DNA from: an uncultured Verrucomicrobiota bacterium
Lineage (GTDB): Bacteria > Verrucomicrobiota > Verrucomicrobiia > Chthoniobacterales > JACTMZ01
Direction of reading: 5' to 3'
Assembly (NCBI GenBank): GCA_903953565.1
Contig: CAJBKE010000055.1
Coordinates: forward strand, 65,957-129,956
DNA length: 64,000 bases
Below are positions 33,861 to 43,170 of the stretch, piece by piece. The number at the start of each line of letters is the position of its first letter. Position 1 is the first letter of the stretch. The position numbers and the translations under genes were made by a program. A model generated the notes under the pieces. That model made no database searches, was not told the DNA's origin, and saw nothing but the letters and a program-made list of their open reading frames with translations.

Positions 33861-34850
33861 TTATTGCCGCGGTTGGACACGTAGCTCTTTTGATATGTCC
33901 ACTGGCTTTACGTGACTCATCAAAGAATAAGCCATTTTGTCAAGCCACGCGGGTGTAGCACCGAGGCCCCATGCAGCGAGCCGCATCAGGCCACAGTTGC
34001 CGTTGATGCATGAGGCCAAGGTTAAAATCTGTCGCTTAAACTGCTTCCGACCATTAGCTCCGCAATAGATGGCATGCCTAACCAGACGCTTCGCCAAAAG
34101 TCGCTCAAGAAGTTCGCTATTTCGGCCAGCGCACTTAGCATTATTGTGTATAGACAGAAATAGGGGCTCTGTGGACTCTGCGTAATCATTTCGGAACTCT
34201 TTTCCACCGATTCGCTCTTGATCGTGCTGTCTCCAATAGCCAACTAACGTATCGACAAAACTGCAGCAGCCGCCGAATAGCTTGGCCCGAACCTGATACT
34301 CCCAGTCCTGTGAACACTTCAAATCCTCATTCCACATGCCGATGCGTTCGACACATTCACGGCGGTAAAGCGCTCCCATTGTGTGCCAATGGCAATCAAT
34401 TAGATCTTTTGCGGTATCGCAAAACACTCCACCAATAGCATCACCAAGCGAGCCAGAAGAAAAATCCATTCCGCTTACCTGAACTTTGCCATAGGCAAAC
34501 TGGACGGCGGGCCTTCTTGCAAGAACATCCACCAGATCCGCGAGTCCACGCTCTGCTAGAATGTCGTCGGAGTCCGCGAACATGATTGCTTCCCCGCGAG
34601 CCACGCGTATGCCTTCATTTCTGGCGGCTTGAGCGCCTCGGTGTAAGACCTTACTAAGAGACACCTCAAAGCCCTCCTCCTGCCGAGAAGCCTGGATATA
34701 CTTAGCTACGCACTCAGACGTATCATCTGTTGATCCATCGTCCACGATCACCACTTCAATGGGCCGATGCGATTGGGACCTAATCGAGCAAATAAGCTCA
34801 CCCAACAAACGAGACCGGTTGTAGGTTGGAACAATTATCGAGACATTCAT
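33861..34850 (-). CDS. GT2-family glycosyltransferase
   Basis: VSIIVPTYNRSRLLGELICSI, VVIVDDGSTDDT, FADSDDIL (DxD). Confidence 0.85.
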   Translation of the reverse strand: MNVSIIVPTYNRSRLLGELICSIRSQSHRPIEVVIVDDGSTDDTSECVAKYIQASRQEEGFEVSLSKVLHRGAQAARNEGIRVARGEAIMFADSDDILAERGLADLVDVLARRPAVQFAYGKVQVSGMDFSSGSLGDAIGGVFCDTAKDLIDCHWHTMGALYRRECVERIGMWNEDLKCSQDWEYQVRAKLFGGCCSFVDTLVGYWRQHDQERIGGKEFRNDYAESTEPLFLSIHNNAKCAGRNSELLERLLAKRLVRHAIYCGANGRKQFKRQILTLASCINGNCGLMRLAAWGLGATPAWLDKMAYSLMSHVKPVDISKELRVQPRQ

Positions 34851-35048
34851 TCAGCGATAATTTCCCTTAAGCCACTGTGGTATTGAACTTTCCCATACTG
34901 CGCTACACATAATTTCCAAGGCCAGACTTTGAATACTGCTTAGCCGACGCACCATGTGACTCATGCCATTGTTGCCGACACTTGTCGGATAATTGCATTG
35001 AGGCGCTGCGTCTTTGCTCTGCGCTGATTATAGGCCACCTTAACCAGC

Positions 35049-35930
35049 TCATCTCCGCTCTTTTTGCAAGGTCGGACACAGAAGATATCTCAGAATTTGC
35101 CACTTGATATAGTAATGGAATACTGTCCTCGCCCAGATCCCGCGAAGTTTGTTTGTAAACGAAAAGTTGGCATCTCCCGCAGCTGTGATCCAGTCTCGCA
35201 GCGGAGGCAAAGCGAGACGAGTCAGGTGCCGGAACACGTGTTTCGCTAGATCCTCCTCACGAAACCGCTCCGCCATAGCCCCAGCCACTCTTTTGGCCTT
35301 TACCAAGTAGTCTTCTCTGCGCCGACGCGCCGGATGCCTGACGGCTAGGCCACCGTTGTAGACGAGCTTAAGCCCCCTCCTTCTTGCCAGCATGCACCAC
35401 TCCATGTCGGCACCAGAAAGAACATCACCATCAAACTGCCCTATGGCGTCAAAAGCACTCCGTCTGGCGACCAGATTTGCGGTTACCCCGCCACCGCGGC
35501 CGTTCACCCGCCTCTCAATTGGGAAGCCGAATATCATATCCGCAATTTCCCAAGACGTGACTGCATCTGGATTTTGGGGAAACACGATGACCCTGCCAGC
35601 GAATATGTCAGCATCGGAAGAATGAACCAACCTGAAGATCTGCGCTACCCAGTCCATCTCCGGCAGGCAATCTGAATCGGTGAATGCTATGACGTCACCT
35701 GACGCAACGCGCAAGCCGGCATTACGCGCGGCATAGGATCCGGGTTTCGTTTCAGCCAGATAGGATGTGTGCAGGTGTCTTTTGAGCATCTCACGCAGCG
35801 CCGTATCTCCGGCGTTGTCGACCACAATAATCTCAACAGAGTGGTCCCGGACCTGCTGCTCGAGGACCTCGACGCATTTCTGAAGACGCTCGTCGTCTTT
35901 GTAGGTGGGAATAATGACGGAGAGCTTCAT
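35049..35930 (-). CDS. GT2-family glycosyltransferase
   Basis: Start moved to MKLSVIIPTYKDDERL (ATGA overlap with the upstream pyruvyl transferase stop). IIVVDNAGD and FTDSDCLP (DxD) are present. Confidence 0.85.
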   Translation of the reverse strand: MKLSVIIPTYKDDERLQKCVEVLEQQVRDHSVEIIVVDNAGDTALREMLKRHLHTSYLAETKPGSYAARNAGLRVASGDVIAFTDSDCLPEMDWVAQIFRLVHSSDADIFAGRVIVFPQNPDAVTSWEIADMIFGFPIERRVNGRGGGVTANLVARRSAFDAIGQFDGDVLSGADMEWCMLARRRGLKLVYNGGLAVRHPARRRREDYLVKAKRVAGAMAERFREEDLAKHVFRHLTRLALPPLRDWITAAGDANFSFTNKLRGIWARTVFHYYIKWQILRYLLCPTLQKERR

Positions 35931-37111
35931 TGTGAGGGAGCCATCCCGGGCGTCCGTGCGGATTTGGTGATGCTCTCGATCTCTGTCCACATCCCCCTCA
36001 CTACGTTCTTGATGTCCTCTGAGCGAGCACCGAGCTGCCTGCGCAGCTTCTCCGAAGAAGACCGGCTGCACAAGCCCTCCAATCTTTCGACCGTTTGTTC
36101 AGGAGAGAGCTCATCGAGGACGAGATCCGGTGCGCCGAAGTCGCGGGCCAGCTCCTGGTATTTGTGGCTCCAGCTCGTGGCGAGAGTTGGCACGCCTTGA
36201 AAAAGACCGCTGGCGAATCCATGGAAGCGCGACGTGAGCAAGCAGGAGCACTTACCGATCGCCATCTTGATCTCGCGCGGATCCAACAACGACACGATCT
36301 CGACGGCACCCTCGACGGCCCGCTGAATCTCTTCACAGAGACGGCGATCTTGGTCGCCCTCGTGCAGAATCAGCGCAACTCGATGCCCCCGGGCCAGGAC
36401 TCCCTGCGCCACACCAATCAAGTAGTCCAAGTAGCCGGCCCGGGTCAGGCCGGCGCCCTGCGAATACATTTTATGGTTAGGAATCACGCCAATGACTCCC
36501 TCCAGCGCATCCATACCCCGAAACGGCTGCGGACTGACCAGACACGTGAAATCATACCCACGGGCCACGGATCTCGATCCCGGCGCCAACTGGCGCAGAT
36601 TTGCCAAAGAGGCTTCGTCGCGGGCATAGATGCGGTCTGCTTGCGACAAGATGCTCTGCATCTCGGCGCGCAGTGCGGGGGTCTCGAAGGGCCCGAAGGC
36701 CTGCGGCAGAAGAACGACACGGCTCCCCTGTCGCCGCCATTGGCCGATTCGACTCCCGAGCCTGTCCCTCGCCTTGGCCGCCCCCCACGAGTCGCCGTAG
36801 GCATACCCGGAAGCATCCATGAAAACATCCACATCCCGCTCGCGGACCACTCCGAGACGTCTGGCCACGCCTTCCGGCCAACGATTAGCAAGGTGTCCGT
36901 AAGGCAGGCGGGCTGACACCGGGTGCCACACCTTCGCCCACAGCTTGTGGCGCAGACGATCTTCAAAGCGGGTGTCCCAACGGACTGCCAGCCTTGTCTC
37001 CACGGGCAATCGCGCCGCCCATTCGGAAATGGCCAGCAGCATCAATTCGGCCCCCTTGTTCGGAAAGCCGATGCCCAAGACTTCAATAGTAAGTGGCTGG
37101 ATCGTAACCAT
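35927..37111 (-). CDS. Polysaccharide pyruvyl transferase family protein
   Basis: GIGFPNKGAELML.., LPQAFGPF, and the C-terminal SCLLTSRFHGFASGLFQGVPTLATSWSHKYQEL typical of the PS_pyruv_trans family. Confidence 0.8.
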   Translation of the reverse strand: MVTIQPLTIEVLGIGFPNKGAELMLLAISEWAARLPVETRLAVRWDTRFEDRLRHKLWAKVWHPVSARLPYGHLANRWPEGVARRLGVVRERDVDVFMDASGYAYGDSWGAAKARDRLGSRIGQWRRQGSRVVLLPQAFGPFETPALRAEMQSILSQADRIYARDEASLANLRQLAPGSRSVARGYDFTCLVSPQPFRGMDALEGVIGVIPNHKMYSQGAGLTRAGYLDYLIGVAQGVLARGHRVALILHEGDQDRRLCEEIQRAVEGAVEIVSLLDPREIKMAIGKCSCLLTSRFHGFASGLFQGVPTLATSWSHKYQELARDFGAPDLVLDELSPEQTVERLEGLCSRSSSEKLRRQLGARSEDIKNVVRGMWTEIESITKSARTPGMAPSQ

Positions 37112-37113
37112 GC

Positions 37114-38253
37114 CTAGAGTTTGCCCGTCCCATAATACCTCCGCGCCACTGCCAACGGCGTCTTCTCTGAATAAGGAATTCCGCCTGTTGGATCAGGATA
37201 CCCCACTCCCACTAACATGACCGGCCGCTGCCACGGAGCCAAATCCAACTCACGAGCCATGGCTCGCTCTCTCTCTTCGATATCTGGCCAGTTTATGGGA
37301 CAGGATGCGAGACCAAGAGTTTCAAGCGCGATCATCATGTTCATCGCAGCGAGAGAACCATCGATATAAATCAAGTGTCTGTCACGTTCGTCGAAGTAGG
37401 CATCAAGACGTCCCACAATTACTACGAGAACAGGAATGTTGTCCGCGTATCCACGCGTGCCCATCGGGATGGACGCCACACGTCCCACATCAGCTTCTGA
37501 ATCGATCACATAAAACTCAAAAGGTTGGCGGTTGCAAGCACTCGGCGCCTGCAACGCCGCCAGTATCGCATTGTCTACCAAATGCCGCTCGACCGGCCGC
37601 TTTTGAAACCAGCGCGTGGACCGACGCCGCGCTAGGAGCCTCATGAAGTCTTGATAGGTAACACCCGTGTCAGGCAGGTTCTCTCGCCGATATGGAATGC
37701 TTCGGCGGACTGATCCAGCACCGCCGGTAGCTTCTGTAGCCCTTAAGAAACGGGCGCGCAATTGCTCGGTTAGCCCATCAAGCTCAATTGCGTCGAAGTA
37801 ATCAGTTAACACGTCGCTATACCATTTGACCTCACCGGAGCGGCACTCCACCGAAACATCACAAGGAACCACCTGCTCGTAGCTCACAATAGTTTCCTCA
37901 ATGTAATCCAGAGCAAACACTTTACGCCGCGGCCGCATAATGAGCGCTTTCTCCAACCGATGAACATTACGTCGTAGGGTATATCTCTGCGACTCCACGC
38001 CATTGAGATTAGCTAAGTGCGCCTTTCGTGCTGCGAACACCGATGTCAGCTCGCGCAAAAATGCCCGATCAAGCAGAGTGTAATACACGAGAACGCAAAG
38101 CCAGTGGTCTGGTAAGTGAACTACAGCCCACTTGAGTAATCTATTCTTCCAAAAGCTGAGCTTACCGCGGAGATTCATAATTAAGCTTGAACGGCTGAAC
38201 GCGCCTCGCCTGCCCATCCTGTTTTTTCCCTGCCGACGTAGAGGTGCTGACAA
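37114..38253 (-). CDS. Nitroreductase-family protein with ~170-aa N-terminal extension
   Basis: RRSTRWFQKRPV..ILAALQAPSACNRQPFEFYVI.. is the nitroreductase fold. It lies 3 nt upstream of the pyruvyl transferase start (same strand). The start is uncertain (38253 or MNLRGKL at 38178). Confidence 0.7.
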   Translation of the reverse strand: MSAPLRRQGKNRMGRRGAFSRSSLIMNLRGKLSFWKNRLLKWAVVHLPDHWLCVLVYYTLLDRAFLRELTSVFAARKAHLANLNGVESQRYTLRRNVHRLEKALIMRPRRKVFALDYIEETIVSYEQVVPCDVSVECRSGEVKWYSDVLTDYFDAIELDGLTEQLRARFLRATEATGGAGSVRRSIPYRRENLPDTGVTYQDFMRLLARRRSTRWFQKRPVERHLVDNAILAALQAPSACNRQPFEFYVIDSEADVGRVASIPMGTRGYADNIPVLVVIVGRLDAYFDERDRHLIYIDGSLAAMNMMIALETLGLASCPINWPDIEERERAMARELDLAPWQRPVMLVGVGYPDPTGGIPYSEKTPLAVARRYYGTGKL

Positions 38254-38259
38254 TTTACT

Positions 38260-38486
38260 CCCTCAAGGTGAGCGCCCACGGTTTGAGTAATATACTTTAC
38301 GGTGAATGGCACGCGCCGGGGATTCATGAGCAATCCTCCATCTAAACGATGCACATTCCTGCAGAGGAGCACTCGTGCGCAGGCGTGGCTATTTACTCGA
38401 AAAGATCCTAAGACCTTCTTCACGGCCCGTCTCAGACACCGGATTCCTCGTAGTGGGGACGACAACATTTGTCGCAAGAGTGACAT
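38260..38486 (-). pseudogene. Fragmentary duplicate of the nitroreductase-family N-terminal extension
   Basis: Track ORF 38181..38486 contains LCRNVHRLDGGLLMNPRRVPFTVKYITQTV, which matches LRRNVHRLEKALIMRPRRKVFALDYIEETI of the adjacent gene. It is in a different frame and has no full domain. Confidence 0.35.
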
Positions 38487-38501
38487 AATAGGCTTGGGAA
38501 A

Positions 38502-39980
38502 TCAAATACGGCTGAACTGTCCGCGGTGGAGAAGAGCGGCACACCTTTTAAGATCGCTCCAGCCGCTCGGAAGTAGCACGGTGCAAATAAAGTAGGCGAC
38601 TACAAAAGAGCCACCTAAAGAGACAATTTTTAGTACAAGGCACAGTTGGTCGATCCAGTCGGCACGGACAATCGCCCAACTCATGAAAACAGCGACGATG
38701 CTCGCTATGGCAGGACCTGAGATAGGAATAAAAAAATCGCTGGAGCGAAGCGGGGTCTTTTTAAAGACAAACAGCAAGGACGGATATAAAATAGTGTAGT
38801 TAACAACCGCGTAAGCGATGGCGACACCAATTGAGCCCCACTGCACGCCAACTATAAATGCGATGCTGACGCACACGGCATTTAAGATACCCCACTGCGC
38901 GTAGCGCCCACTTTGCCCGCTCGAAAGAAGCACCATCCCCCGCAGCCCAGCTACGGGTTGAATGAAGGCGGTAAGCGCAAGAAGGGAAAAGAGCGGAGCG
39001 ACCCCCAGCCACTCACGCCCCAAAAGCAACTCGATAATGGGCGAGGATGCCACAAACAAAAAAGCAGTGAGAGGCATGGAGACGAAGGCTAGGAGATGAG
39101 TGACTCTGCGGTAATAGACGCGGTAGGCATCTGGTTGATTCAGCAAGCGGCTCATTGCCGGAAATGCAACTGCATTGATCGGCCCTCGGATCGCCGTGAT
39201 AGGAAACATCAGCAACTGATATGCGCGGGAGTAAAGCCCAAGTGCGTCGGTGCCCCAGAACTTGCCGATTAGAACATTGTCGAGATTCCGATGAAAATAA
39301 TTAACCAGCTCAAACAAAGTGACATTAGCCCCGAATCCAAGCATCTCCCGTATCCCAGCGTTTCTACTAAACAAAGCGGGGCGAAAAGGCGAAAGGATGA
39401 AGAGCAAGACAGTCGTGGTGATCCCGGCGGAGAGTAACCCCCACACCAAGGCCCAATAGGCAAAATCTTGAAGGGCCAGGGTTACGGAGGTGATCAGACC
39501 AGCAATGGAGCCTGAGATGGCTGCCACAGCTCTACGCCCGAACTGCATTTCGCGCACAAGGCGTGCACCGTGTTGCGTTCCCAAGCTGCCAATCACAAAT
39601 GTGAAGGAAAGCGCGATAGTGACGAGCGTAAGTTCCGGCTGCCCATAAAACCATGCGACGAGTGGCGACGCAGCGGCGACAATTGCGGTCAATACCGTGC
39701 CCATGGCGACATTGAGCCAAAATAGATTGCTCTGCTGCGCGCGGGTGAGGTCCTTTTTCTGCACGGCAGCCGATGATAGCCCAAGATCGCGAAAAATTCC
39801 GGCAAAAGCGGTGATGGCCATAACCATGGCAATGATGCCGTAGTCGTCTGGCGAAAGCAGTCGTGCGAGGATGACAGTGGAGGCGAGTTGGATGGCGATG
39901 CTGATGGCCTGCGAGGCCATCGTCACTATCCCACCGCGCACGGACTTGCGTTTCAGATCCTGGAGGTCCGTTTTCAACAA
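38502..39980 (-). CDS. wzx: Wzx-type polysaccharide flippase (MOP/PST family)
   Basis: SVRGGIVTMASQAISIAIQLASTVILARLLSPDDYGIIAMV.. and about 12-14 TM helices. The start codon is TTG. Confidence 0.8.
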   Translation of the reverse strand: MLKTDLQDLKRKSVRGGIVTMASQAISIAIQLASTVILARLLSPDDYGIIAMVMAITAFAGIFRDLGLSSAAVQKKDLTRAQQSNLFWLNVAMGTVLTAIVAAASPLVAWFYGQPELTLVTIALSFTFVIGSLGTQHGARLVREMQFGRRAVAAISGSIAGLITSVTLALQDFAYWALVWGLLSAGITTTVLLFILSPFRPALFSRNAGIREMLGFGANVTLFELVNYFHRNLDNVLIGKFWGTDALGLYSRAYQLLMFPITAIRGPINAVAFPAMSRLLNQPDAYRVYYRRVTHLLAFVSMPLTAFLFVASSPIIELLLGREWLGVAPLFSLLALTAFIQPVAGLRGMVLLSSGQSGRYAQWGILNAVCVSIAFIVGVQWGSIGVAIAYAVVNYTILYPSLLFVFKKTPLRSSDFFIPISGPAIASIVAVFMSWAIVRADWIDQLCLVLKIVSLGGSFVVAYFICTVLLPSGWSDLKRCAALLHRGQFSRI

Positions 39981-40091
39981 CTCTAAACTTTTAGCAAATT
40001 GAACATGCCGTTTGGTAAATAATCCAAGTCAACAAGGAGATCAGGCCTTGCTCTGCGCTTTTCCTAGGTTTGAGGATGACTTCAACATTTT

Positions 40092-40130
40092 CCCCTAAGA
40101 CGAGCCGCCAGATGGATTTGTTATGCTTAC
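40092..40130 (-). promoter_or_regulatory. R2 box copy a: GCATAAC-N17-CGTCTTA (minus-strand sense), ECF-sigma-like promoter candidate upstream of wzx
   Basis: Minus-sense -35-like GCATAAC (40126-40120), a 17-nt spacer, then -10-like CGTCTTA (40102-40096). It lies about 115 nt upstream of the wzx start. The 39-nt core is conserved in three copies. Confidence 0.45.
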
Positions 40131-40198
40131 TTGCTATCGACTTTCACAAATTCGCAGCTAACCAGCAGCGAACTGCGGCTAAACACGACCATGCTCAA

Positions 40199-40984
40199 CT
40201 AGCGCAAAAACAAGTGCACCGAATTGGCCTTACGCTCGGCTATCGCGCCTCCGTGATGAAATCCAGCCTCCTGCAAGGATGGCAGCACGGATGGAAGTTC
40301 GCAGATACCGTGATGCAATTCGACCACAAATGCCGAAGACCTCTGCAAGAGCTCAGCATAGCAGGAAACGAACTCACTTTCTGATCCCTCAATATCGCAC
40401 TTAACAAGATCCCAATGCTGCTCACCGAATGTTTGGTCAAGATCGATATACTCCAGTTGCATTTTATTCTTGCTGGCGTCCGTAGATGACTCAACGACCC
40501 TCCCGGCATGGTAGCTGTGAGTTTGCTGAAAAGCTGCGCCCCCTTGGCGTTTACCTGCCAATCCTCTGACCAGATTCAACTGGCAACGCCCCGCGCGATG
40601 GGCTTCTTGCTGACCGACGCGCCTTCTCATTTCCGCAATGTTGCAGGCGTCGGGCTCCACAGCTGCGACGAAAAGCTTCGGCCGCAGCCCTTCCACACCG
40701 AGTCTGTCCAGCACGCGCAACAAGAAGAATCCGACGTTCGAACCGAGATCCAAGATTCGCAGTTCGTCACGACCGTCGCGGGCCAAGGATACCAGCGTCT
40801 CGATCGGCTTGTCGTATTCACCATCGACAAAAATGTCGTTGTAGAGACACCAATCAACATGGCTCAGGACCTCGACATGAACGCCCGAAGCCAAGGTAAA
40901 CTTCAATTGCGCCCGCTCGTAATACTTCCGCTGAAGCGCCCTGAGTAACCGAGGTGGCAGCATGTGTTTTAGGGCCTGTTTCAT
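40199..40984 (-). CDS. FkbM-family methyltransferase
   Basis: ILDLGSNVGFFLL (SAM motif I), VAAVEPD, LVKCDIEGSESEF. Confidence 0.8.
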   Translation of the reverse strand: MKQALKHMLPPRLLRALQRKYYERAQLKFTLASGVHVEVLSHVDWCLYNDIFVDGEYDKPIETLVSLARDGRDELRILDLGSNVGFFLLRVLDRLGVEGLRPKLFVAAVEPDACNIAEMRRRVGQQEAHRAGRCQLNLVRGLAGKRQGGAAFQQTHSYHAGRVVESSTDASKNKMQLEYIDLDQTFGEQHWDLVKCDIEGSESEFVSCYAELLQRSSAFVVELHHGICELPSVLPSLQEAGFHHGGAIAERKANSVHLFLR

Positions 40985-41091
40985 AAGAATGGACTAAATG
41001 TGGTCATAGGCAGTGCGAAACGCTGGCCGCTTATCGGCTCAAGGTCAATCAGACCGGCTGATTCTTTGCAAAGAGTTCAAAGACAACTGGG

Positions 41092-42234
41092 TCATCCTGC
41101 TGCAGTAGCGCTCACTTTGGCGCGCGGGAAAAGAGCTTCTCGAAGGCGCAAGCTTGGCTTCTCAACAAGCCGATTGAGCCAAAAGCCGAGGGCAATCGAA
41201 CCCGCGATGAACACAAACATATAAAGAGGGTAATGAACCCCCAGCGACAACGAAAATCCATCACTGAGCCAGGGCCACAGCCACCGGTTGACCGCCATGT
41301 GCCAAAGGTAGATCGAGTAACTGGCCCCGCCCACAGCAGCAAGTAGCATTAGCCATTTTCCACTACCACTTTCCAAGCGGACTGCTGCCAAAACAAGAAA
41401 CCCCGAAGCCACATAGAGAAGAGTGTAGCCTGCAACACTCATCGGCTTGTGAGTTTCCACCTCGAACAAGAAGGCTGGTATGAAAAGTGCTGCTCCCGCA
41501 ACCAGCAAAAGTATCGTCGGCACCTTTGCTATTTTGGCTTTCAGGCCATGAAAGTGCCAAAGGTAAGCCAGTAGCACGCCGAACATCAGGGAATCCAGAC
41601 GGATGTGACTTCCGAAATACAACCATTTGAAGTGCTGAGGCCCCACCGTCCCGATGAATAATGAGGCCAATAACCGGGCGGCAAAGCAGAACACAGCACA
41701 GGCGAGAAAGATCAGTGGGATATAGGCAAGAGCTTGCTGCGGTCGCGGACACTTGCGGAGCAGCAGAAATAGAGCAGCCGCTAACAAAAGGTAAAAATGC
41801 CACTCAACTGCTAGTGACCAAGTGTGATTCCACAGAGCTCCTGTGTAGTTCTGCATCATCAACAGCTCACTGATCGTCTGACGTATCCTAATCGGTCGGC
41901 CTTGGAGCCATGTCACGATAACGGTTACGACGATCAGCAGAAACAAAGGAGGGTAGATCTTGAATCCTCTTCGAATGAGAAACCGCTTGAGGTCTAGAGA
42001 GCCGCGCTTCTTGTATTCCTCGAAAAGCAGACCGGATACAAGGAACCCGCTCAGCACGAAAAAGAGATCAACACCAACCCACCCGCCTGTGCGCCAAACA
42101 CTCAGAAACGGGTTGTCCTCATAACCAGGCAACAGGTGCCTACCCAACACCAGCAAAATTGCGACTAACCGCAGCAGATCTAGTCCCGTGTTGCGCATTA
42201 ATTTAAGACTTCGCGCAACCTGACGGTCAGCCAC
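41092..42234 (-). CDS. Acyltransferase family 3 (membrane O-acyltransferase)
   Basis: GLDLLRLVAILLVLGRH.., VDLFFVLSGFL, and about 10 TM helices. Confidence 0.85.
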   Translation of the reverse strand: MADRQVARSLKLMRNTGLDLLRLVAILLVLGRHLLPGYEDNPFLSVWRTGGWVGVDLFFVLSGFLVSGLLFEEYKKRGSLDLKRFLIRRGFKIYPPLFLLIVVTVIVTWLQGRPIRIRQTISELLMMQNYTGALWNHTWSLAVEWHFYLLLAAALFLLLRKCPRPQQALAYIPLIFLACAVFCFAARLLASLFIGTVGPQHFKWLYFGSHIRLDSLMFGVLLAYLWHFHGLKAKIAKVPTILLLVAGAALFIPAFLFEVETHKPMSVAGYTLLYVASGFLVLAAVRLESGSGKWLMLLAAVGGASYSIYLWHMAVNRWLWPWLSDGFSLSLGVHYPLYMFVFIAGSIALGFWLNRLVEKPSLRLREALFPRAKVSATAAG

Positions 42235-42326
42235 GGCTAACGGCGCTTAAGATGTTTCCGACAATATGCATGTTCAGTGAGTAGTGCTCCTGCCTCTCAA
42301 ATACTGGAGCACGAATTCAAACTCTG

Positions 42327-42365
42327 CCCGTAAGACGAGCCGCCGGGTGGATTTGTTGTGCTCAC
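42327..42365 (-). promoter_or_regulatory. R2 box copy b: GCACAAC-N17-CGTCTTA upstream of the acyltransferase gene
   Basis: Minus-sense GCACAAC (42361-42355), a 17-nt spacer, then CGTCTTA (42337-42331). It lies about 97 nt upstream of ATG 42234. Confidence 0.45.
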
Positions 42366-42500
42366 TTTTTGATAGATCACGGGGTGATCAGCATGGAGCG
42401 TGGAGCGCGGAGCCTGGAGCGGTTCCGGCTGAACACTGCAAACTGAACACTGGAAACTCCTCTTCTGTTCCTCCGTAAGAGCCAGTCTCCTAAGTCAGCG
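42366..42500. repeat. Composite spacer: GATCAC-ggg-GTGATC hairpin, (NNNGGAG)4 heptads, CTGAACA/CTGCAAA heptads
   Basis: gatcacggggtgatc agcatggag cgtggag cgcggag cctggag.. ctgaaca ctgcaaa ctgaaca ctggaaa. The first 45 nt recur at 46021-46060. Confidence 0.55.
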
Positions 42501-42521
42501 CCCTAGGCGAACTTGCCGTGC

Positions 42522-42698
42522 TCAACTCTCCGGCGCCTCAGCCACGCGCGCGGTCGCCTGTTTCTGGGCTTGGCGTTCAAGTTTCTCTCGTTGGAGCTTT
42601 TTGTAATGGTCTACCAGACGAGCAAGATCGTGGCCGTGCTGCTCGGATATCCTCTGCCGAGCGGCCCTGACCTCTTTGATTGTCTGATTCTCAAGCAT
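42522..42698 (-). CDS. 58-aa helical protein overlapping the PIN gene stop (candidate cognate antitoxin)
   Basis: Below the ORF-track size cut-off, so hand translated: MLENQTIKEVRAARQRISEQHGHDLARLVDHYKKLQREKLERQAQKQATARVAEAPES. ATG 42698 overlaps the PIN stop by 8 nt. Confidence 0.45.
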   Translation of the reverse strand: MLENQTIKEVRAARQRISEQHGHDLARLVDHYKKLQREKLERQAQKQATARVAEAPES

Positions 42699-43170
42699 AT
42701 CGCTCTCCTAGGAGTTCGAGTGGTGTGATGATTTCGGGAGTATCCAGCCGTAGCCTGCCGTTGATCCTTCGCAGATGCTGTTTTTTGCGGGCATTGGCAA
42801 GATGTGTGCAGTTCCAAGTTAACAGGTAATCCATCTTGTAGTAGGACGCAACCGCGACATGGAGCGCGTCGCCCGCTACATCCTTGGGCATGAGATAGTT
42901 GTCGATGTAAACCTGCGCGATTTCGCGGATTTCGTCGTTGATCTCCAAGAGCAAGGCATTCTCAAGCAGTTCCAACTTCTGCTCTTTCTCGGGGTGTTCC
43001 CCAGACTCCAACTCCTCCATGACAGCGACGGAGGTCCAGCAGTCACACAACATCCGCGGCCCATCCCACCACTCCCGCGTCCAATCTTTCATGGCGAGGC
43101 TCTCCGGATCCGTTCTGGTTGCCCAGTAGAAACTCGGAATTGTCGTCTCGATGTAAACAGTCGGCTTCAT
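42691..43170 (-). CDS. PIN-domain (VapC-like) protein
   Basis: MKPTVYIETTIPSFYWA..TREWW.., DALHVAVASYYKMDYLLTWNCTHL. ATG 43170 gives an ATGA overlap with the GT4 stop; the alternative ATG is 43179. The track start 43371 lies inside GT4. Confidence 0.7.
   Translation of the reverse strand: MKPTVYIETTIPSFYWATRTDPESLAMKDWTREWWDGPRMLCDCWTSVAVMEELESGEHPEKEQKLELLENALLLEINDEIREIAQVYIDNYLMPKDVAGDALHVAVASYYKMDYLLTWNCTHLANARKKQHLRRINGRLRLDTPEIITPLELLGERYA

Noticed and set aside
34903-35103. 66-aa ORF in the GT2-GT2 spacer.
   Set aside because: It overlaps the 3' end of the downstream GT2 gene, has no motif and has a poor start context.
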